The notes: generated by a model from the letters alone, not told the origin. DNA of 17,695 nt from Candidatus Hermodarchaeota archaeon (GCA_048885535.1 JBHLLO010000064.1:1-17695); one strand, 5' to 3'. Positions 1 to 9,003 are shown, counted from the stretch's first letter. Numbers and translations: made by a program.

Positions 1-1551
1 ATATTCTTCTGGTAATTTTGGAATAATTTTTAAGGTGTTTAAAGTAATTTGAATATAATAACCAAGAATATTGTTATGACCAACCTTAAGCCCAGTATTT
101 AATCTCCATCTAGATTTTTGCTCATTTTCATATTCAAGAAGATATTTTTTTCCATTATGAAGAAGATCTCTTAACTGATCTACTTTACTATCAAAACCAT
201 CCTTAATGATATTTCCTTCTTTAATAGTGACAGGTGGCTCTTCTTTTATTGAAGTCTCTATTAAACTCCTTAATTCTCTAAAATCATCAATTTTGCTTAA
301 AAAATTAGAAATTTCAGGAATTCTAGATTTTTCCAATAATATTTTGATTTTGGGAATCTTTTCTAGTGAATTTTTGATATTAATTAGGTCTCTTGCATTG
401 GAACTTCTGGAATAATTGATTTTATTAATATATCTTTCAAGATCACCAATAACTTTCAATTCTTCTCTTAATTCTGATCTTAAAAATACATCATCTTTAA
501 ACTTCTGGACAATATTAAGACGCTGATTTATTTCATCAATATTAGTAAGTGGTTGAAGAATTATCTTCTTTAATAAACGAGCACCCATTGGTGTATGTGT
601 ATGATTAAAAACCGCATATAATGATGTCTCTCTGCCTTTTTCCCATAGTGAAGTAATTAGTTCCAAATTTCTTTGAGTAATATAATCCAAATGCAGAATC
701 TTTTTTTCTTGGATTAAATTTATTTTAAAAATATTTGGGATAATATCTCTCTGAGTATCCTTTAAAAATGCTAACAGCCCCCCAGCTGCTTGAATCACTA
801 ACTTTTTATCTTCTAAATCAAATCCTTGAAGATTTGATATGTTAAAATGCCGCGTAATTAAGGTATAAGCTTCTTCATATTCAAAGACGTAATCATCATA
901 GGGTTTAATTAAAGCATCATTTAAATCAGTTAAAAGTAGAAATAATTGTTCCTCTTTTTTCAGTTCCGAAGGAATAACAACTTCGACAGGATCATATTGA
1001 GAAAAAATACTTAAGACTTTTTCTAAGGGGTCCTTATAATTAGCAGCAAATTCGGTGGCTACAAATTCTCCTGTAGAAAGATCTGCAAATGCAATTCCAA
1101 AACCACCTTTTTGCTTTATTATGGAACATATATAATTATTATCGCTTGATTTTAGCATATCTGACTCTATAATTGTGCCAGGTGATAAGATTCGCACTAC
1201 ACCTCTTTTAACGATTCTTCCTTTCACTGTAGATGGATCCTCTAACTGATCAACCACAACTACGGTCTGTCCCATATTTACTAGATTTTTTATATAACTA
1301 CTAGCATGATATGGAATTCCTGCCAGAGGATAAGAATCATCCCCTATTTTCCGTTTAGTTAATGTGATTCCTAAAAGCCTAGATACTTTCTCAGCATCAT
1401 CGTAAAAAAATTCATAAAAATCTCCCATTCTATAAGCTAGAACATGATCTGGGTATTTTTCTCTGTACTTATTCTTGACACTAAACCAATGCTTCATCAT
1501 TGGTGTCAAATCTTTCAAATTAAGTTCTTCTATCGACGATTTATCCTTCAT
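1..1551 (-). CDS. mutS: DNA mismatch repair protein MutS (MutS1 type), N-terminal ~517 codons; runs off the left window edge
   Basis: Not in the ORF track. Manual minus-strand translation from ATG at 1551 gives MKDKSSIEELNLKDLTPMMKHW...LAYRMGDFYEFFYDDAEKVSRLLGITLTKR...PLAGIPYHA...VVVDQLEDP...VKRGVVRILSPGT (domain I with the F-x-E mismatch motif). Further on: GIAFADLSTGEF, QRNLEL, TPMGARLLKK, and the clamp region LKVGHNNILGYYIQIT near the edge. The ATPase domain lies outside the window. Confidence 0.96.
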   Translation of the reverse strand, partial: MKDKSSIEELNLKDLTPMMKHWFSVKNKYREKYPDHVLAYRMGDFYEFFYDDAEKVSRLLGITLTKRKIGDDSYPLAGIPYHASSYIKNLVNMGQTVVVVDQLEDPSTVKGRIVKRGVVRILSPGTIIESDMLKSSDNNYICSIIKQKGGFGIAFADLSTGEFVATEFAANYKDPLEKVLSIFSQYDPVEVVIPSELKKEEQLFLLLTDLNDALIKPYDDYVFEYEEAYTLITRHFNISNLQGFDLEDKKLVIQAAGGLLAFLKDTQRDIIPNIFKINLIQEKKILHLDYITQRNLELITSLWEKGRETSLYAVFNHTHTPMGARLLKKIILQPLTNIDEINQRLNIVQKFKDDVFLRSELREELKVIGDLERYINKINYSRSSNARDLINIKNSLEKIPKIKILLEKSRIPEISNFLSKIDDFRELRSLIETSIKEEPPVTIKEGNIIKDGFDSKVDQLRDLLHNGKKYLLEYENEQKSRWRLNTGLKVGHNNILGYYIQITLNTLKIIPKLPEEY

Positions 1552-1669
1552 TATAAGAAAAAATTCAATTCTCAGAAATAAATGTTATAACTCTATTAAT
1601 TTTCACTTAAAATTTATAATTTTTATTATAAATTTAATAATAACAAATTCATAAAGCAAAATCGCATTT

Positions 1670-1680
1670 AAAAAAAAAAA
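1670..1680 (-). terminator. Putative archaeal oligo-T terminator
   Basis: A11 on + (T11 on -) starting 6 nt downstream of the stop codon of the 927-aa minus-strand gene. Confidence 0.45.
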
Positions 1681-1686
1681 GTAAAA

Positions 1687-4470
1687 TTAAATTTCTAATA
1701 TTTTCTTCTCCAATGTTAGATCATAAGCTTCCTTCATAGCTTCCTCATAAATATCAATTTTAAACTTGTTATGAAATGGACTAATTTTGCTGCCTAATTT
1801 TGCAATTTTACTTAGAGTTTTTGGAAAGAATCTGATAACTGGGGCAGTCACCAATAGTGTGGCTCTTTGAAATTCTTGCAAGGTATTATCATCATAACCG
1901 CCTAAAAAGCCATCAAGAAACGCATAGAAGAATATGAAGACGAAAATGCCTAATATGAATATGATTGCAGTATTGAGGATTTTATCACCTAAAGGAATAC
2001 CCCAAATTAGCTCACCGACAAAATACAATACAACAAAGTTTATAACTGCTGAAAGTGCTGGAGTAACAAATGTTTTAAAGGGATAGAGCTTATATCTAAT
2101 AATCTTTTTCCGAACTATAATCCAGGCTATCACGTCTTTAAGTAATACAGCAGGGATATAGGCTATAATCACATAAACCATGTCTCTCAAGAAAAATACT
2201 AATACATACATCAACAAGGCTCTACTAACCTGTTCAATAATCCATACCACCATTGCATACCCAGTATGTCCCGTACCTTGAAATACAGAATCAACCAGCC
2301 AGGAATAAATACCTCCAGCGTGAAAAAGTAATAACGGAATTAAGAATTTGACAGCAGGAGCACCATATTCTTCTCCAGCAGCTCCTATCAAAAATTTTTC
2401 CCCAGTAGCAAATAAAACCGATATTAAGAAAAATGCAAAATAATTACCCCATCGAAAAGCTTGATAGACATATAACTTGGTTAACGTATGTTTATTATGA
2501 GAGCTTGATTCGCTATATGCGCCTAAAAGGGTGTTTGAATAGAGAGTCACAATTTGAACAATCATTCCTAATGTCCATGTCAAATTAAACCAGCCTAAAT
2601 TATTTGAATAATTTGCTACAAATATAGAAGTAATAATGACCTGTATAAACCAGCCTATCTGTACGAAACCTTCTCCAATACCTAATTTTGATCCATAACG
2701 TAATGATTCTTTAACTTCTTCTCTCGAGAAATCAATTCTAAAACATGTTTTAGCCGAAAAACCTTGCTTTTTAAATATTATAATAGAAATAATGAAGGTC
2801 ATCCAAAAGTCAAAACATCGTGCTATTGCATATCCAATACCAGCTCCTAATGCTTCACCAAAAATCGGATTAGCAGCACCCCACATCCGTCCAAGATAAC
2901 AGAAAATCACTTGACCGATCAACAGAAATACAACCTCCCAGAATATATAAAGAATTAGATAGAAATCCGATCGTTGCATCCCTTGAAAAGTATACATGAA
3001 TACTAGGAAAACACCAGGGTATTGAACGAAGGAATACAATATAAAAATCCAACTCATATGAGCGAGATTAGTATAAGGAAAAATAAAAGATCCAATGAAA
3101 GCAATTATAGAAATTTGAATAATACCAGTGAAAATTTGCCACCACACATAAATTTGAATATAATGTATTGACTTTTCAGGATTCTTTACTCTATATTGGG
3201 CAAAATATTTTGCTAAAGCGAAACTTGTTCCGAAATCAAACAGAATCCATATTATTTGAAAGAAATTATAAGCATAATTGTACCAACCAGCAGCTTGTGG
3301 ATACGGTTGTATAATTTGAGGCATAATAAAGTTTGAGATCAACAATTGAGGTAATACTAAAATTAAGCCTATGAAAAGAGTAAAAAGAAAACCTCCCAAC
3401 TGGCGATGAACGCCTATAACTTCCCAATCATCCTTTAAATCTACCTGTTCCTCTAACTTTTTCTCCAAAACTTTGGCTTCTTCTAATCTTTTCATTTCTT
3501 CTTCTTTAGCTTGGAGTTTTAAAAGCTCAATTGTTTCTTGGTCCATGACTGTTCTTGATTTTCGTTTAACTACAACAAATAACGCTATAGCTAAGATTGC
3601 AAGAACTCCAATAATAATCCCAATTATGATTTGCTCAAAAGAGTGAGGAACCGGTGAATATGGCCAAGCTGCATATGATTGGAATGACAGGCTTAGACTA
3701 TTAAATAGTAACGCATATAAAAGATAATTAAAATATGGCCATACTTTGAAGTCTAGATTAGCATTTGTTTCTAACCAACCTGTGAACAATATAACATTTC
3801 CACTTCCTTTTACGGTTCTAATAATAAGTGGCTGCCGATTTGCATCAATTTGTAAGTTTTTTGAAATAGGATAAGCATCAATAACTCTTTTTATTGAGGG
3901 TAAAAATAGTTCAATATTGTTATCTGCAACTAGCAGTGTCATATTATTGACTTTCATATCAGGAGCAGAATTCCAATCAATACTGCTGCTAATTGGATGT
4001 GATGTATTACTAACAATACATAACATAGATTCTTGATTTGTGTCCTGATTTAATTCAAATAATGTATTATTGATCAAATCTAATTCAGCTAATAAGGTAG
4101 CATTACCATGTAAATTTTGCCCCATAAAAACCAAGGCGCCACCTCCTCTTAACTCCACGAATTCTGAAATAACTTGTTGTTCTGACCCATTTAAGATAGC
4201 ATCAAATACTATAACGACATCAATCCAGGTTCCTATAGAAGTTAATGGTTCAGTATCAGATATAATTGAAATGTTAAAATTAGCTTGATCAATTCCAAGG
4301 CTTTGAAGAAATAACTGATCATTACCTTTACTAATAACTAAAACGTTTTTACTGGTACTTGGTTGAGCGAATGCAGGTTTTATTAATAAAAATACAGTAA
4401 TATTACTTGCTACTAACGCAATCAAACCGATAATTAGTAATTTTGATATTTTTTTTTTTGAAATTGTCAT
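1687..4470 (-). CDS. Membrane protein: signal peptide + extracellular alpha/beta domain + TM + charged helical linker + MOP-superfamily (Wzx/MATE-like) oligosaccharide/lipid flippase domain
   Basis: Basic N-terminus (KKK), hydrophobic stretch and AFA cleavage-like motif. About 240-aa soluble region with DVVIVFD...ISEFVELRGGGALVFMG. TM IIIGIIIGVLAILAIALFVVV followed by KRKSR. E/K-rich linker. Then roughly 12-14 hydrophobic segments including the Wzx-like motif FDFGTSFALAKYFAQY. Confidence 0.7.
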   Translation of the reverse strand: MTISKKKISKLLIIGLIALVASNITVFLLIKPAFAQPSTSKNVLVISKGNDQLFLQSLGIDQANFNISIISDTEPLTSIGTWIDVVIVFDAILNGSEQQVISEFVELRGGGALVFMGQNLHGNATLLAELDLINNTLFELNQDTNQESMLCIVSNTSHPISSSIDWNSAPDMKVNNMTLLVADNNIELFLPSIKRVIDAYPISKNLQIDANRQPLIIRTVKGSGNVILFTGWLETNANLDFKVWPYFNYLLYALLFNSLSLSFQSYAAWPYSPVPHSFEQIIIGIIIGVLAILAIALFVVVKRKSRTVMDQETIELLKLQAKEEEMKRLEEAKVLEKKLEEQVDLKDDWEVIGVHRQLGGFLFTLFIGLILVLPQLLISNFIMPQIIQPYPQAAGWYNYAYNFFQIIWILFDFGTSFALAKYFAQYRVKNPEKSIHYIQIYVWWQIFTGIIQISIIAFIGSFIFPYTNLAHMSWIFILYSFVQYPGVFLVFMYTFQGMQRSDFYLILYIFWEVVFLLIGQVIFCYLGRMWGAANPIFGEALGAGIGYAIARCFDFWMTFIISIIIFKKQGFSAKTCFRIDFSREEVKESLRYGSKLGIGEGFVQIGWFIQVIITSIFVANYSNNLGWFNLTWTLGMIVQIVTLYSNTLLGAYSESSSHNKHTLTKLYVYQAFRWGNYFAFFLISVLFATGEKFLIGAAGEEYGAPAVKFLIPLLLFHAGGIYSWLVDSVFQGTGHTGYAMVVWIIEQVSRALLMYVLVFFLRDMVYVIIAYIPAVLLKDVIAWIIVRKKIIRYKLYPFKTFVTPALSAVINFVVLYFVGELIWGIPLGDKILNTAIIFILGIFVFIFFYAFLDGFLGGYDDNTLQEFQRATLLVTAPVIRFFPKTLSKIAKLGSKISPFHNKFKIDIYEEAMKEAYDLTLEKKILEI

Positions 4471-4542
4471 ATTTATCAGTTAAATTAATTAAAATCAGTA
4501 TTTAATAATGAGATTTTGATATTTATTAACTTTTATTTTTTT

Positions 4543-5382
4543 TTATAGATGCTTCTCAAGCCACACATACATGTCACGGTACACTAATGCACGGCTTTTC
4601 TCATTCCATAATTCATGAAGGAATCCATCATATTCTCGATATATTTTATCATGACTTTTTATATTTTTATAAAATTCTTGCGTTTTTGTTTTATCAACTA
4701 TATTATCATTTCCAGCTTGCAAGATTAATACAGGGCAAAGTAAATTTACAGCGCTCTCCATAGTCCATTTCATTGATGATTCCATTTCTGCTAAGGATTT
4801 CAATGTTATTATTTCCAATTTCTTATCGTCAGCAATATGTTCTCTTAAAATTTTTAGATCACTTGTTAATTGATTTTGATCAATAATAAAAGGTACACTC
4901 TTAGTGGGTTTTGAAATAGCTCCCGCTACTTTTTTCAGCATTTTCTTACTAATTGATGATTTTATTGTTAATCCTAATTGAGGGGATGATACAATAACTC
5001 CATCTAAACCTGGATGGTTAATGGCATAAATTAAGCTTACTAAACCACCAAATGAATGCCCCATTACAAAAACTTTCTTATTTTCAGCTTCTTTTTTCAG
5101 AAGATCCATGAATAATACAAGATCTTTTTGAATATGATCTATACTGTCAATATGACCTTGAATATCCGCATTTCTATAGTGTCCACGTAAATCAAAGGAG
5201 TAAATGGCATAACCTTTTTCTTTTGTAAAGAATTCAGCAGGGACCTTCATTCTATTGGAATGTGTCCCCCAACCGTGAATTGCGATTAAATATGCCCTAA
5301 TCTCTTCCGAATCAGGTAACCAATATTGATAAAACAACTTTTTATTCTCTCTTCCTTCGAAGTAACCAGACTCATTTATCAC
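4543..5382 (-). CDS. Alpha/beta hydrolase, lysophospholipase/monoglyceride lipase (Hydrolase_4/PldB-like) family
   Basis: IHGWGTH oxyanion motif, FDLRGH, nucleophile elbow GHSFGG, Asp in AGNDNIVD, His in GFLHELWNE. GTG start. Confidence 0.9.
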   Translation of the reverse strand: MINESGYFEGRENKKLFYQYWLPDSEEIRAYLIAIHGWGTHSNRMKVPAEFFTKEKGYAIYSFDLRGHYRNADIQGHIDSIDHIQKDLVLFMDLLKKEAENKKVFVMGHSFGGLVSLIYAINHPGLDGVIVSSPQLGLTIKSSISKKMLKKVAGAISKPTKSVPFIIDQNQLTSDLKILREHIADDKKLEIITLKSLAEMESSMKWTMESAVNLLCPVLILQAGNDNIVDKTKTQEFYKNIKSHDKIYREYDGFLHELWNEKSRALVYRDMYVWLEKHL

Positions 5383-5580
5383 ATTAATACCCTTACTTAT
5401 TAAATTTCAATAAAAATAGATTTAATAAGATTAATAATTTCAGTATTTTTTTATTATTATTGTTTTTAGATATGAAATTTAACAAAGATGCTCATATAAC
5501 AAATTTTTATTTTAATCAGAAAACTTCTTATAAAATCATAATATTTTAATATCAATATTTTGGAATTATAGGCTATAGCA

Positions 5581-6180
5581 ATGGATCTATCAGAAAAAAA
5601 AGATGATATTATTAGTATAATCATACTGGGGCGAGGTGGGCAAGGAGCAGTCACCGCTTGTGAGGTTATTGCGGAAGCTGCCTATTTAAGTGGTAATTTT
5701 AAAGATGTTCATGCTTATCCTTCATTTGGTGCTGAAAGAAGAGGTGCTCCAGTTCAGGCTTATGCTAAGCTCTCGAGGACAGCAAAAATTTGGGATCGTG
5801 CACAAATTGAGCACCCTGATATCTTAATTGTATTTGATGAGACTGTATTGGATTATGAAGTAGTAGCTACACTAAAAAAAAATGGGACATTTATCATTAA
5901 TTCAGATAAGGAACCAGAATTTTTCGCAAATCAATTTAATTTTAGTGAAGATACGAAAGTTATTGTTGCTGATATTAGTAATTTAGCCATGAAGAAGAAC
6001 TTAACAATAGAAGGAAATCCTGTAATAAATACTCCTATTTTAGGTTTATTATCTAGAGCCTTACCGGACTTAACATTAGACAATTTAAAAATAGTCGTTT
6101 TTAATAAGTTGGGCGAAAAATTGGGAAATCTTAACTTTGAATTGATAGAACAGGGATTTGAGGTAGCTAAAATACTATAG
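5581..6180 (+). CDS. porC: 2-oxoacid (pyruvate/ketoisovalerate):ferredoxin oxidoreductase gamma subunit
   Basis: Signature motifs GRGGQGAVTA and YPSFGAERRGAPV, plus INTPILG near the C-terminus. Confidence 0.92.
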   Translation: MDLSEKKDDIISIIILGRGGQGAVTACEVIAEAAYLSGNFKDVHAYPSFGAERRGAPVQAYAKLSRTAKIWDRAQIEHPDILIVFDETVLDYEVVATLKKNGTFIINSDKEPEFFANQFNFSEDTKVIVADISNLAMKKNLTIEGNPVINTPILGLLSRALPDLTLDNLKIVVFNKLGEKLGNLNFELIEQGFEVAKIL

Positions 6181-6186
6181 GTTTAA

Positions 6187-8430
6187 TTAAATTACAGGTA
6201 ATTTTACTATAAAAGTACTTCCCTTATTTCTTCCAGCTGACTCTGCCCTAATTTCACCTTCATGTAGATCAATGATTTCTTTTGAGATAAATAATCCTAA
6301 ACCTGTACCTTGAATATCTACGTATTCATAACCTGGACCATATCGCTCGATTTTCCCAAATCTCGTAAATAACATATGCATTTCCTCTTTAGTGAGACCA
6401 ATACCTGTATCACTAATTTTTATTTCTGCCCAATTACCTCTTTTATTAAGACTAAGTTTTATTTCACCATCTGGAGGAGTATTTTTTATTGCGTTTGATA
6501 TTAAATTTATTAAGACCTGTTCTATCCTAATCTTATCAACCTTTAACTCAAATTCTCCAGGAATAGATTGCTCTAAATGAATTTTCCTTTCTTTTATCCA
6601 ATAATCTAATTCCTTAATACAATTTATAATTATTTCACTTAAATTATGCGAGTCTTTTGTAAGTTGAAGCTTTTTGTACTCAATACGAGAAATATCAATC
6701 AAATTTTCAACTAGATATCTTAATCTTTTACCCCCCTTTGCTATTAGCTCAATTATTTCAAGTTCTTCTTTTTCAAGTTTATCCTTATATGAACTTAATA
6801 AGAGCTCGCTACCTCCGCTTATTGATACAAGAGGCGTTTTCAACTCATGAGAAACTCGTGAGATTAAATTTTTTCTAATTATATCTAACTCCTTTAGTTT
6901 TTTTACCTCTTCCTTAATTAAAAGTTCTGCCTCTTTCTTAGGAGTAATGTCGGTAAAGATTGCTTGTACGTGCGTTTCACCTCCTATCCTGATCAAACCT
7001 GCTTGTAAGTTAACCCAGATTAAACTACCATTTTTCCTATAAGCTTGTAGATCAATTCGATGAACCTTTTCACCTTTAACAAACTTTTTAAATAGGTCAA
7101 CTAGATTTGGAAGGTATTCCGGATGAATAACTGCAGCATCTTTGAAATATTTCCCCGCTAGATCTTCTCTATTATATCCAAAAATTTCTGTAAATGTAGT
7201 ATTAAAATCAACAATTGTCCCTTTAGAATCTAATAATACTATCGAAAAAGGTGTATTTTCATAAAGGCTCCTAAATTTCTCTTCTGATTCTCTCACTTTC
7301 CTTTCGAGATTGAATTTTTCAGTTACATCATTAATTGTTCCATCAATTTCAATTGGCCAACCGTCTTTATCTCTAATTAAATGTGAGTTTAACTCTAAGA
7401 TAATCTTTTTATCATTCTTAGTTTTAGCATAGCATATATAATTTCTTGCTACTCCATCCCTTATGATTTTATATAAATATTTTTCGCGATCCTCAGGACT
7501 CTGCCAAAAATCTGTAACATTTTTTCCTTTTAGGTTTTCTAGAGGATCATATTCTAAAATAATATTATGTGCGCTATTATGATTTAAAATCTGTCCATCT
7601 AAAGTAACTTGATAAAATCCAACGTCTAAATTTTCAATTAAATTACGGTATTTTTGCTCTGATTCCTTTAAATTTTCTTCGGCAATTTTTCTCTCAGTAA
7701 TATCTTCAGTATGAACAATAATCAAATCAGGGCTGACATAACCATAATTCACTGAAAGGTACTTTTCATCACCAGAAAAATGAAATTTATATTTCATCTC
7801 TTTTGTAACTTGAATTTTTTCGTCCATACAACGTTTTAAATCTTGTATGATGTCTACTCTATCTTTATATAATTGAGATGCTTTATATCCTAGAAAGTCA
7901 TTCACAGCTCCGTTTGTTATTTCTTTAGCTGCATTATTAAAATCAATCAGTACAAAATCATTATCATATTTTTGCCAAGTATATGCTGGTATTGGACCCT
8001 CCTTATATAAAGCCTTGAACATACCCTCTGATTTTTTAAGATTTTGCTCAGTAATTTTACGATCTGTTATATTTTTCCCAATCCCCAATATTGCATATAC
8101 TTCTCCATCTTTTTTTAAAGGGATACCATAAGTTTCAACATAAACATAATTTCCATCCTTAGTTTTAATTTTATATTCACTTCTTTTTGATTGCTTGCCA
8201 GTTTTTCTTATTTCTTTTGTTACCTTATATGCTTTTTGTAGATTTTCTTTATCCAATAAATCTATGAAGGAGACGTCGGGTATTTGTTCTCTTTCATAAC
8301 CTAGCGTAATAAGTGTGATTTCATTAGCATCTAAAAAATTACCATTTAAATCATTAACATAAATTAAATCTAAAGAATGTTCAAATAGATCTTTGAATTT
8401 TTCTCTTACTTCATTCTTATTATATTCCAT
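6187..8430 (-). CDS. Cytoplasmic sensor histidine kinase with four PAS domains (4xPAS-HisKA-HATPase)
   Basis: Four PAS starts (EKFKDLFEHS, EGMFKALYKEG, EQKYRNLIEN, EEKFRSLYEN) ending in NIT/DIT/DVT/DIT motifs. H-box VSHELKTPL, N-box QVLINLISNAIK, G1 DTGIG, F-box LFTRF, G2 GTGLGL. No TM segment and no receiver domain. Confidence 0.95.
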   Translation of the reverse strand: MEYNKNEVREKFKDLFEHSLDLIYVNDLNGNFLDANEITLITLGYEREQIPDVSFIDLLDKENLQKAYKVTKEIRKTGKQSKRSEYKIKTKDGNYVYVETYGIPLKKDGEVYAILGIGKNITDRKITEQNLKKSEGMFKALYKEGPIPAYTWQKYDNDFVLIDFNNAAKEITNGAVNDFLGYKASQLYKDRVDIIQDLKRCMDEKIQVTKEMKYKFHFSGDEKYLSVNYGYVSPDLIIVHTEDITERKIAEENLKESEQKYRNLIENLDVGFYQVTLDGQILNHNSAHNIILEYDPLENLKGKNVTDFWQSPEDREKYLYKIIRDGVARNYICYAKTKNDKKIILELNSHLIRDKDGWPIEIDGTINDVTEKFNLERKVRESEEKFRSLYENTPFSIVLLDSKGTIVDFNTTFTEIFGYNREDLAGKYFKDAAVIHPEYLPNLVDLFKKFVKGEKVHRIDLQAYRKNGSLIWVNLQAGLIRIGGETHVQAIFTDITPKKEAELLIKEEVKKLKELDIIRKNLISRVSHELKTPLVSISGGSELLLSSYKDKLEKEELEIIELIAKGGKRLRYLVENLIDISRIEYKKLQLTKDSHNLSEIIINCIKELDYWIKERKIHLEQSIPGEFELKVDKIRIEQVLINLISNAIKNTPPDGEIKLSLNKRGNWAEIKISDTGIGLTKEEMHMLFTRFGKIERYGPGYEYVDIQGTGLGLFISKEIIDLHEGEIRAESAGRNKGSTFIVKLPVI

Positions 8431-8703
8431 TTCAATAACCTTCCATCTGAATACAAATTCCTAATAGATTCTTCTCTAAAGAGTTTATCAAACTAATATT
8501 ATTTATTTTTTTCCTTTAAGAAAAAGTTAAATTTTTTAGAATCAAACGTGGAGCTTAGGTTTCAATTTAAAGATAAGTAATCAAAATTAGATATAATTTT
8601 TATTAACTTTACTATTTATTCTTATCAAATTTAATAGCAAGAAATTTATGTCAATGGTTATTAATTCTTATATTAAATTCTATGCAATATTATGTGAACT
8701 AAC

Positions 8704-9003
8704 TTGACAAATACTAAAAAGGATTATCAAAAAATTCTAGGTTCAGTACAAAAACCAGTGAAAGGCGAAGCAGGGAAGACTGGTACTTGGAGCTCTAAGA
8801 AACCAGTAATTGACCTAACTAAATGTATTCCAGTAAAATCTGGTAAACCTAGCTGTTTTAACTGCTGGTTATTTTGTCCTGAAGCTGTTGTTTCAAGAAC
8901 AATCCCCCCCGTGATTGATTTAGAATATTGTAAGGGATGTGGGATATGTATGGAAGAATGTCCAGTAAAAGCTATCACTATGGAGGAGGTGAAAATTGAT
9001 TGA
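8704..9003 (+). CDS. porD: 2-oxoacid:ferredoxin oxidoreductase delta subunit (2x[4Fe-4S] ferredoxin-like)
   Basis: KTGTW...KPVID, C-x9-CxxCWLFCPE, and IDLEYCKGCGICMEECP. TTG start. Stop codon overlaps the alpha-subunit start. Confidence 0.92.
   Translation: MTNTKKDYQKILGSVQKPVKGEAGKTGTWSSKKPVIDLTKCIPVKSGKPSCFNCWLFCPEAVVSRTIPPVIDLEYCKGCGICMEECPVKAITMEEVKID
8985..8992 (+). promoter_or_regulatory. Shine-Dalgarno site for the alpha subunit
   Basis: GGAGGTGA ending 7 nt upstream of the TTG at 9000, inside the end of porD. Confidence 0.75.

Noticed and set aside
206-415. 69-aa plus-strand ORF
   Set aside because: Antisense shadow of mutS with no recognisable motif.
2870-3052. 60-aa minus-strand ORF
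   Set aside because: Alternate frame inside the flippase gene with no supporting features.
4070-4288. 72-aa Cys-containing plus-strand ORF
   Set aside because: Antisense to the flippase ectodomain, and the cysteines look incidental.
5466-5654. 62-aa minus-strand ORF
   Set aside because: Overlaps the conserved start of the gamma subunit in antisense and runs into AT-rich intergenic DNA.
6392-6580. 62-aa plus-strand ORF
   Set aside because: Antisense shadow of the kinase ATPase domain.
6170-8703. Histidine kinase segment as a mobile element
   Set aside because: I saw no transposase or integrase, terminal inverted repeats or target-site duplication.
8727-8978. 83-aa minus-strand ORF
   Set aside because: Antisense shadow of porD.
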